Shown in pieces: positions 48,566 to 56,401 of a stretch of 61,627 nt of DNA. Made by a program: the position numbers and the translations under genes. The DNA lies in contig JAFSZN010000154.1 of NCBI GenBank assembly GCA_017455665.1, positions 1 through 61,627 on the forward strand. Direction: 5' to 3'. The notes beneath the pieces are model-generated. The model was not told where the DNA came from, made no database searches, and worked only from the letters and a program-made list of their open reading frames with translations. Origin of the DNA: Lentisphaeria bacterium. GTDB taxonomy: Bacteria > Verrucomicrobiota > Lentisphaeria > Victivallales > UBA1829. Position 1 is the stretch's first letter. Every line of letters begins with the position of its first letter.

Positions 48566-49054
48566 TTGAAATCCTCCTTCCGATATAAATATATCACGCT
48601 TTCGATGAAATGCAACAAAAACATCACAAAATACCTCGTTTTTTTGAAGCGTGAAGCCGGATGACATAAAAAGGATTCAAAAAAAGCAATCGTGGACCAA
48701 TGATTGTCATCCTCTTCTTCCCCTCCCGGACGATTGCATGGATGTGTTTTGGGGCGTTGCCGGGCGAAAAACAAGAGTGTTTTTTATGCCGGCAGGAATG
48801 GACAGAGGAATCCCGGCAGGAGGACGGTTGTACGAACATCAGCTCGGAATTGGCGGAGGATTGCTCGCGGCGTGCACGTCGGATCCGTTTATCTGAGCGT
48901 GTCATTGAATCGACGAATCGCGGTTGTAATAGAAATGTCTTTCCGGGCGAGGATCGATGAGGCCGTACCGGAGGGTTTGTATGATCCAATTGAGCGGTCT
49001 ATGTGCTGCCGCCGGCAGAGGATATGCGAAAAAATGTGAGTTTTTTTGGGTTTT

Positions 49055-49070
49055 TGGCACGCAAACTGCT
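49055..49070 (+). promoter_or_regulatory. Sigma54 (-24/-12) promoter for the binding protein-kinase operon
   Basis: TGGCACGCAAACTGCT is near consensus, with GG-N10-GC spacing. Confidence 0.72.
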
Positions 49071-49097
49071 TGACTTTTATGCAAACCGTGTTATATT
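49070..49097 (+). promoter_or_regulatory. Sigma70-type promoter overlapping the sigma54 promoter
   Basis: TTGACT-N16-TATATT with TG at the extended -10. Confidence 0.6.
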
Positions 49098-49141
49098 TCG
49101 CTTACAAACGGTTAAATAAATCTAATTAAGGGTTGAAAAAA

Positions 49142-50257
49142 ATGAACCGTAACACAAAAATCCTCACCATTGTCATCGTAGTCGTTGCCGTCTGCGCAAT
49201 TGCTTTCTTTGGTATCCGAAACCAGATGAAACAGCATTCCAGCGATGATAAAAACGTCATCAAGATCGGAGCGATTCTTGCAATGACTGGTCCAGGGGCT
49301 GAATACGGACAAGAGGCTTTGGATGCATTAAAAACAGCAATTCTTTATAATCAGGATTTATGCAAAAAAAACAATGTAAGATTTGAACTTGTTGTTGAAG
49401 ATTCGAAAACCGTTGCAAAAGATGGATTAAATGCCTATAACGCAATCAAGTTAAAACATCCTGATATCAGTGTTGTTTTTTCACATGCAAGCGCTGTAAC
49501 AAATCTTCTTTCTTCCTACTCAAAAAAGGATAAAATGATTTTAGTGGCAGAGGCAACAAATTCTACTCCGGCAGAAAACAATCCGTTCTATTACATCAAT
49601 CAAATTGATGATTATGTAACTTCAAAACTTTTGCTTGATCATGCAACAGACGTAGATAAAATCCTTTTGTTCTACCTGAACGATGATTTTGGAAGCAACA
49701 TTTATAAAAAAATGAAAGACGCAGGCAGTGTAAAAGTTGATGGAGTTTCTTTTGAACATACATCGAATTTGAAGGATATTGTTGCAAAGGCTTCTATCAA
49801 CAATTATAAAAAGATAGCAGTTGCCGGCTACGGAATGAGTTCGGTTAATATTATCCGTGAGATAAAGAGTGCGGGTTATTCCGGTATTGTTCTCGTCTCG
49901 CCCGGTCTTTTGACTGTCGAGAACAAAAAGATTTTAAAAGATTATGCTTCAAATGTGTTTTTTGTTGTCAGCGAAATTCCGGGTGAAGATATTGCAAGAA
50001 TATACAAAGAAAACTTTGGACGCACATTTTTCTCTTCGACAAGTATTGACTTTTTCAGCGCAGGAGATGCTGTAATAAAAAGTTACAACATGGTTTTAGA
50101 GGACAATATTCCATTTAACAAAATCACTTCAACAGATATAAAAAATAAACTTGATACCCAGTTTTTAAATGTAAAGGCATTCCCGTTTGAATCTATCACG
50201 AATCAGCGTTTTAATTATAAGGGTAGTTTTAAGACCATAGATGGAGAAAGATTATGA
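49142..50257 (+). CDS. ABC substrate-binding protein, LivK/type I periplasmic-binding family, N-terminally membrane-anchored
   Basis: Hydrophobic N-terminal helix; IKIGAILAMTGPGAEYG, LVVEDSK, YLNDDFG; very AT-rich. Confidence 0.85.
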   Translation: MNRNTKILTIVIVVVAVCAIAFFGIRNQMKQHSSDDKNVIKIGAILAMTGPGAEYGQEALDALKTAILYNQDLCKKNNVRFELVVEDSKTVAKDGLNAYNAIKLKHPDISVVFSHASAVTNLLSSYSKKDKMILVAEATNSTPAENNPFYYINQIDDYVTSKLLLDHATDVDKILLFYLNDDFGSNIYKKMKDAGSVKVDGVSFEHTSNLKDIVAKASINNYKKIAVAGYGMSSVNIIREIKSAGYSGIVLVSPGLLTVENKKILKDYASNVFFVVSEIPGEDIARIYKENFGRTFFSSTSIDFFSAGDAVIKSYNMVLEDNIPFNKITSTDIKNKLDTQFLNVKAFPFESITNQRFNYKGSFKTIDGERL

Positions 50258-53200
50258 TTGGTCCTGTTTTGAAGAATAATTCATCCTTTCACATTGTCCT
50301 TTCAAAAAAGGTTTTACGCAACAGCACGGAAAAAGAATTAATAACTGATATCGGCTCGGTAATTGACAGAAGCGCTTCCCAAAAGATTGCTTGGTCTTTG
50401 GGAGACAAAACATTCTTTACAGAGAGATATGATGCCGTATTTGTATTTCAGGGAGATGGTATAGTTGATACCAATGAAAAGCTTCATAGCTTGATTCACA
50501 TTTGTTCGTTTAACAGTTGTATCCTTTTTTATTTTTGGAAATATGATTATGATGAGAACACCCTGCTTCCGGACACACTGAAGAGAAATGTTTTTATTAA
50601 GAATGATTCAACCGTATTTCATACAAAGGAATTGAGCGGCTACTCCAACTATAAAGTTTTTATTCCCAAAACAATATTCATAGACAGGACACTTACCTAT
50701 TCTTATTCTTTGGGTACGCCATTAAAAAGACGTTATTTTTATCCGTCCTTGTCATCGCCTATTGATATGTCAACGCTTGTAAAGCAATGGTTCGAATCTG
50801 ATGGAAAAAGGTATCTACTGGCAAATGAGTTGCATAAAGCTATAAGAGAAAACATCAAAGAATCTAATATTCCTATTTCTTTTTTGGATTCAATTTCTTT
50901 TTCATGTTTTTTTTATGTTACCGACAATAGCGCTGATTTCTTTTCATTGAAACCGTCTGAACTTACAGAGCTGACAAAACTGCTTAGGAAAAGTTTCTAT
51001 TCCGGTTGTATTTTGCCTTTTTATAAGTATAAATGCGAAAACGATTTCTTTCTCATCAGACCGGAAAAAAAATCCTGGAATGAACGATTCCATCCTGATA
51101 GAATAGATGATTATATCGGATGGATTATTAAGCACAACGGATATAATTTTTTAAATGATTCCTTGATAAAAGATGCTTTGGATTCATCAAAATATGTTTT
51201 CTGCGGAATGGTGATCGGAAAATACATCCCTCTTCATGAAGGCATTTGCGTTTCTTCCAGTTACTGTTTAATCAACGTTGAAGACAACACGGGCAAAAAT
51301 GACTATGCCAAATTCTTTGATGCGGTTTTGTGCTCTACTGCAAAGGAAATGGATTTCCTGCTGGACAAGTTTGTATTGGAAGATACACGCAGCCGTTTCA
51401 TGCGAAAATCCATTTCATCCGCAATTGGCTCCATCATGTCGCGGAACGGTTCGCACAATATCGGAAGCCATGTGCTTTCGACTTTGACGCATCATGTCGG
51501 CACCATGCCGGACGACCGGGTGCTTTATCAGTACATTCAGCAGCGCATGGATTATATCGCTACGATTACGACCGACATCCCGAACTGGGGGGCATCCACG
51601 ATGTTCGTCGGCGACATGATGAAGACATTCTTCTCGCAGCATCATCTTCTTGAATTCATTTCCGGCAGTGAAGGACTTCACGCCTATTCGTTCCAGGATC
51701 CGAATCTCAGTTTGGAACTTCGCAGAAAGCAGGAAAACACGATCAAGCTGCATATCCGCCGTATTGGAAAGGGGGCGGGGAAGCTCGCGTTTAACAAGGA
51801 CTTCAAAAAGACAGAGGAAAAAACAGATTGGGACGATGTTGCAAACGCAAAAGCAAACGCATTGCATTTTATTTGTTATCCGGATCGGGAAAAGATTCAT
51901 TTTATTGATTACGTGGAAGACCGGCCGATCCCGCTTCAGGAGGATACCACGTTGTCCATTCCCGGCGGAGTCGTAGGGGAGCACGCGTTCTTTACGATTC
52001 TGGAAAATATTATTCGGAACGCCGCCAAGCACGGTTGGGCGACTTCCTCCAAAAAGGAAAAGAACCTTGAGATTTATATTGACTTCATTGACAACCCCGA
52101 CAGTGACTTTGTTGAATTTACCATTTGGGACAATATGTCCGATGTCCTGAAGCCGATTAAGAAATCCGAGGGAGGATCAGCGGAAAAATATATCAAACTT
52201 TTTAAAGTGTTAGCCTCCGTCAAGGATATACTGTCTGCCGAGATTGATATTTCGGAATCGAACGGGGATTCTTCCAATGCCCTTGCCCCAAAAAAGCCGA
52301 CCAGATCGGAATGGATCAAAAAGAAATTTAAAGGTTTGGCTGGAAAAATAGGAGATATTTCTGAAGAGAATACAGAGCCTGATTCCGATCTGCTGTCGGA
52401 TTTCGAAAAGAATCTTGATGATATCTTGAAAAACAACAGGCGGGAGTTCGAGCAGATTTTGTGCAAACCGCTGACACGAGAAGAGATTAGGATGATAACC
52501 AGGGCGAAAAAAGAGGCGCGGGATTTTGATAAGTGCCTGCCGCTTCACATGTGTCAGCAGCAGCTTTTGGAACAGCCATTGATTACGGAACAGGGCGAAC
52601 TCCGGCGTGAAAACTGGGGGCTGGCGGAAATGAGGATTTCCGCGGGATATCTTCAGCAGCGCAGCATTACGGAAATCGGCGGACTTGAAGAGTTGAAAGA
52701 TGATGATTTTATTGTCCATGTCGTTGCCATGCCCGGTGTCTGCACGTGTGAATCCAATCAAAACGGCGGCATTCGCTGTGACGCGAAGAAATGCGACAAC
52801 AAAACCAACTGCCCCATCGAATCGAAGCTTTATCATCTCGGCTATCGTTTCAAGGTGTGGAAACCGCGTGAGATGCTGATCGTATTTGACGAAACTGACG
52901 ACAATTATTCATTCGGGGGGCAGAAAATTGCGAAAAATGACCTCATAAAAATGTTGCCTGAATTCAAAAAGAATGGCGTGTATTTCGCGGTAATGTCTGG
53001 AAACGAGTGTATCCTTATAAATTCTACAGAAAGCCTAAATGCCACAGATCAATCGAACAACGACATTGTTATCACCGAGTTCAATTTCGGATATGTCGTT
53101 TTCAGTAATAAGGAAACGGCTGAAAAATGCGGCACGGCTTTGCTTGAAAAAAACTCTGGCAATATCGACTCTGCCTCAAGGAAAGCCCAGGAGAAGACTG

Positions 53201-54831
53201 GAGACGAGAAAAACGAGGAATGGAAATCGCAATTCCCGTTCCGTCTCCTGTATGAGAATCTCAAAATAGAACTGAATAATTCCTCTGCTCAGAAGAATAT
53301 CCAATCCGTAAAGAATGCGGTTTATGCTGCCTGGCTTGAAAAACTGCAGAAGTTTAGAGCTCTGCCGGGCAACAAGAATTGTCTTACGATGCAGATCCAG
53401 ACGGAGGAGCGCGGCAATGCCTCCGCCGGGCAGGGGCTGATCACAAACCGCAATCTGCTGGAATATGTGTTTCGGAAGAACTATCTTCCGGTGCTTTCGC
53501 GTCAGTCGTTCAGTCATATTGAAAACGATCCCTATACATTGATCCTTGATCTGCTGAAGCTCTATCCTCAACCGTACAAGAAGATTCCGGACCAGAAAAA
53601 CTGGGAGGATGATATCTCGAGGATGATTCGCATCACGCTTCAAAGGATCTGCGAAGACTTCGAGCGTTCATATTATGATATACGAGCCCTGATCCGTCAT
53701 TCTGAATTCGTGGACGGCGCGAAATCCGAAGATGATAAAAAGGAATTCTGCGGCGTCATCTATGAGCAGATCAATGGTCAGAGAGACGGGGCGCGGTTGA
53801 AAAATGCCATCTTGAACATTCCTGAATCTGTTTTCTGTGAAAGGATCCGTGCGTTTTCAATTGCCAGCAAGGGATGCGGCAATGATGAGATCAGAAAGCT
53901 GCTTCGTGGAGAAACGTCGATGAAGCATGCATCGCCGTTCGCGGTCCTGGTGGATTCTCCCGTTGAAATCATCACAAAAGAGCTCAAGAACGCCTATGAC
54001 ATCTCCGACTCGCTTCTCCGCAAATACGAGGAACGCATAACCACTCTGCCGCATGGGTATTCCATCAATCAGACCGATGGAAGAGAATCGAAGAAATCGG
54101 TTATGAAAGAGCTGAACAAGAATCTGTCTCAGGTCCATATAAAACTTGTGGGCGACGGCGACAACCCAAGGATCAAGTATTGCCGGCATGACAAGGATTG
54201 TCCGGAGGGTTGTCTGTATGCCGAGGCGTTAAGCGGATCGCAGTCGTATCTCAATACTCTCCATCGGATTATGCATCCGTCGGATTCGTCGCAGTCGCAG
54301 GATCCGGAGCAAAAAGACAGCATCGGGATGTTTGTGCGCCTGGCGGAAAACGCTTTGATGCGGGTCCTGATCATTGATGAACGTGTCAGCAATTTCTTAA
54401 AAGACCATACCGCAAACAAATCCGTTTTTGAGGCGATGAAGATTGATGTCGTTGACATACAGGAGGATTTTTTCCTCAAGGAGGATGATTTGAAATGTCC
54501 TTCAAGCCTTCCGTTGCTTACGAATACGGAAAAAACGCCTGCGGCTAGTGAGCGGAGATGGGATATTCTGATCATTCATCAGGGAATCATAGACAAAGTC
54601 CTTGAGGATCACCACGACGAGAATCATGTCGAAGAGCTGATAAATGAGATTAAATATGTGGACTATAAGGTTGTCACCACCGGACGCGGACGTCCCGACA
54701 ACATTCCAAATTCCGTCAAGGTACTGCCTTTTTCGATGATCGAGGGTACACTTTTCCGCAATTACCCGGAAAAAATGCTGTTGGTCAATGCCGTGATGAA
54801 CGCTTTGCCTTACAGCAGGAATAAGCATTGA
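50254..54831 (+). CDS. 1525-aa atypical soluble histidine-kinase-like protein with C-terminal His-substituted receiver domain
   Basis: H-box-like IMSRNGSHNIGSH; N-box LENIIRNAAKHG; G1-like TIWDN; G2-like ENWGLAEM; C-terminal RVLIIDER…ILIIHQG…VVTTGRG; no TM segment; ATGA overlap with the binding-protein gene. Confidence 0.7.
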   Translation: MIGPVLKNNSSFHIVLSKKVLRNSTEKELITDIGSVIDRSASQKIAWSLGDKTFFTERYDAVFVFQGDGIVDTNEKLHSLIHICSFNSCILFYFWKYDYDENTLLPDTLKRNVFIKNDSTVFHTKELSGYSNYKVFIPKTIFIDRTLTYSYSLGTPLKRRYFYPSLSSPIDMSTLVKQWFESDGKRYLLANELHKAIRENIKESNIPISFLDSISFSCFFYVTDNSADFFSLKPSELTELTKLLRKSFYSGCILPFYKYKCENDFFLIRPEKKSWNERFHPDRIDDYIGWIIKHNGYNFLNDSLIKDALDSSKYVFCGMVIGKYIPLHEGICVSSSYCLINVEDNTGKNDYAKFFDAVLCSTAKEMDFLLDKFVLEDTRSRFMRKSISSAIGSIMSRNGSHNIGSHVLSTLTHHVGTMPDDRVLYQYIQQRMDYIATITTDIPNWGASTMFVGDMMKTFFSQHHLLEFISGSEGLHAYSFQDPNLSLELRRKQENTIKLHIRRIGKGAGKLAFNKDFKKTEEKTDWDDVANAKANALHFICYPDREKIHFIDYVEDRPIPLQEDTTLSIPGGVVGEHAFFTILENIIRNAAKHGWATSSKKEKNLEIYIDFIDNPDSDFVEFTIWDNMSDVLKPIKKSEGGSAEKYIKLFKVLASVKDILSAEIDISESNGDSSNALAPKKPTRSEWIKKKFKGLAGKIGDISEENTEPDSDLLSDFEKNLDDILKNNRREFEQILCKPLTREEIRMITRAKKEARDFDKCLPLHMCQQQLLEQPLITEQGELRRENWGLAEMRISAGYLQQRSITEIGGLEELKDDDFIVHVVAMPGVCTCESNQNGGIRCDAKKCDNKTNCPIESKLYHLGYRFKVWKPREMLIVFDETDDNYSFGGQKIAKNDLIKMLPEFKKNGVYFAVMSGNECILINSTESLNATDQSNNDIVITEFNFGYVVFSNKETAEKCGTALLEKNSGNIDSASRKAQEKTGDEKNEEWKSQFPFRLLYENLKIELNNSSAQKNIQSVKNAVYAAWLEKLQKFRALPGNKNCLTMQIQTEERGNASAGQGLITNRNLLEYVFRKNYLPVLSRQSFSHIENDPYTLILDLLKLYPQPYKKIPDQKNWEDDISRMIRITLQRICEDFERSYYDIRALIRHSEFVDGAKSEDDKKEFCGVIYEQINGQRDGARLKNAILNIPESVFCERIRAFSIASKGCGNDEIRKLLRGETSMKHASPFAVLVDSPVEIITKELKNAYDISDSLLRKYEERITTLPHGYSINQTDGRESKKSVMKELNKNLSQVHIKLVGDGDNPRIKYCRHDKDCPEGCLYAEALSGSQSYLNTLHRIMHPSDSSQSQDPEQKDSIGMFVRLAENALMRVLIIDERVSNFLKDHTANKSVFEAMKIDVVDIQEDFFLKEDDLKCPSSLPLLTNTEKTPAASERRWDILIIHQGIIDKVLEDHHDENHVEELINEIKYVDYKVVTTGRGRPDNIPNSVKVLPFSMIEGTLFRNYPEKMLLVNAVMNALPYSRNKH

Positions 54832-54838
54832 AAGGAGA

Positions 54839-55675
54839 ATGCGCGGGATGTTCCATTATGTCTACATATCCAAGGACAGCAATGATTTCTCCTCATTTGC
54901 ATCGTCAGCCGCCCAGCCGATGAATCTTAACGGGCATGAGGCGTTCCTGCTTTCCGATTCAAGTCGTCCATGTTTTGTGCTTCACGAACAGCAGCCCGCG
55001 TGCGATGAACTGGCAAAAACGCTGAAAAACGGTCAGGATGATGCTGTCAGGAATGCGGTCCGGACTTTTTTTGATGTCTGCGATCAATGCGGCGTTGTTC
55101 AGGACAGCAACGTCATTTTCCTGATTCATTTCGGCGGACATGGGGAAGGGGACTGCCGCCGCGATTCCCGGAGAATGTGGAAAGCAACGGCGGATGATCC
55201 AGTTCTGGCGCGGCATCTTTTCATTTCCGTGAGCAAATACAACAGCTGTCCGTCCATTTGTTTCAAGGATAGCGCATTGCGACTGCCGGAAGATAAAAAT
55301 GAGAATTCCGTGCGCAAACGCTTTGAGCAATGGGCAAATGCCGACAGCACGGTTCCCGATTACGATCACCTTCGGGGAATATCCATTCTTTGTCAGGCGC
55401 TTCTGGAAATGAACCTGGAAGAAAGAGAGGAAAAGCTTTCCTGGCCGGGAATGAAATGGTGGCGCCAGTGTCTTTGGAGCGGGAAAAGGTTTTCTCAAAT
55501 AAATAAAGATGCTTTCACGCAAGCGGAACTGGCGATCCTGGAATCGGGAAACGGAAAAAAACTGAAGCATTTCTGCTCCTGCATCATCAACTATATGGAT
55601 ATGAAAGAGTATTCCGCGGATGATTGTTTGCGGGAGCTCATTTCTGTTATCACAAAAGAAATAAACAAGATTTGA
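54839..55675 (+). CDS. Hypothetical protein, possible His-type pseudo-receiver
   Basis: AAGGAG RBS (start may be ATG 54848); alpha/beta pattern with VIFLIHFGG and LFISVS. Confidence 0.6.
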   Translation: MRGMFHYVYISKDSNDFSSFASSAAQPMNLNGHEAFLLSDSSRPCFVLHEQQPACDELAKTLKNGQDDAVRNAVRTFFDVCDQCGVVQDSNVIFLIHFGGHGEGDCRRDSRRMWKATADDPVLARHLFISVSKYNSCPSICFKDSALRLPEDKNENSVRKRFEQWANADSTVPDYDHLRGISILCQALLEMNLEEREEKLSWPGMKWWRQCLWSGKRFSQINKDAFTQAELAILESGNGKKLKHFCSCIINYMDMKEYSADDCLRELISVITKEINKI

Positions 55676-55684
55676 GGTGGTAAT

Positions 55685-56401
55685 ATGGACAATAGCGACA
55701 TTCGTCAGTTGATTGATGATAACAAAGAGATAAAAGAATCTCTTCGTGACATTTATCGGTTGATTGATGATAACAGAAGTGACATTTATCGGTTGGTTGA
55801 TGATAACAGAGAGATAAAAAATTCTTTTCAAGCTCTCAATACGGTAGCTCGTCCGCCGTGGTGTTTTCCCTGGCTTTTTATCCTTTTTGCGGTTTTGTTG
55901 ATCGCCTTGATTCTTGCTCCCTTCTTTTTCAAATGTGACTCCGACAGTTCATTTGTCTTTTCCAATCCATGCCAGACGGAAGCCGTTACGAATTCCGGAG
56001 AGGGTACTGATTCCAATGTATTGGGAACGGCTTCAGGAAAAACCGCAGATGAGACAACCAAAGAGACGAAAAGTATAAAAGCGAATCTTGGGGGGAACAC
56101 GAACGAAAAAAGAAAGGGACTCGGAAGCTCTTTCAAGATGACCTGGTACAAGGAGGGAAGTCAATCCTCTTCCTTCATGTATTTGCAAATGGCACTCTGT
56201 TTTTTCTCCTATTTCTTTGCAGTTTTTGTTACCAGTCTGATCTGTTACAAGCTCTTCAAGTGCAGCCAAAGAAGCTGGATGCTTGGGAAAAATGGTGTTA
56301 TATTCTCGAATCTGCTCAATTCGTCTCCGAAACGGGAGGAATATCAGGAGCAGTTCCTTCAGGAAATGATGCGGATTTATTTTAATAAAAAGGATGAATG
56401 A
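55685..56401 (+). CDS. Hypothetical 2-TM membrane protein with N-terminal tandem repeats
   Basis: GAGGTG RBS; DIxxLIDDN three times; two hydrophobic helices flanking a Ser/Thr-rich loop; ATGA overlap with the next gene. Confidence 0.7.
   Translation: MDNSDIRQLIDDNKEIKESLRDIYRLIDDNRSDIYRLVDDNREIKNSFQALNTVARPPWCFPWLFILFAVLLIALILAPFFFKCDSDSSFVFSNPCQTEAVTNSGEGTDSNVLGTASGKTADETTKETKSIKANLGGNTNEKRKGLGSSFKMTWYKEGSQSSSFMYLQMALCFFSYFFAVFVTSLICYKLFKCSQRSWMLGKNGVIFSNLLNSSPKREEYQEQFLQEMMRIYFNKKDE
55697..55828 (+). repeat. Three imperfect in-frame direct repeats (GACATTtaTCgGTTGaTTGATGATAACA)
   Basis: Copies start at 55697, 55748 and 55781 (spacing 51 and 33 nt). Confidence 0.9.

Noticed and set aside
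48630-49050. Small ORFs and CCGGCAGGA repeats in the regulator-binding protein spacer
   Set aside because: The ORFs overlap in several frames without a convincing RBS or motif, so no signal-peptide gene can be supported; the repeats are too short to call.
55697-55828. CRISPR-like array
   Set aside because: Only three copies, no unique spacers, in frame within a CDS, and no cas genes.
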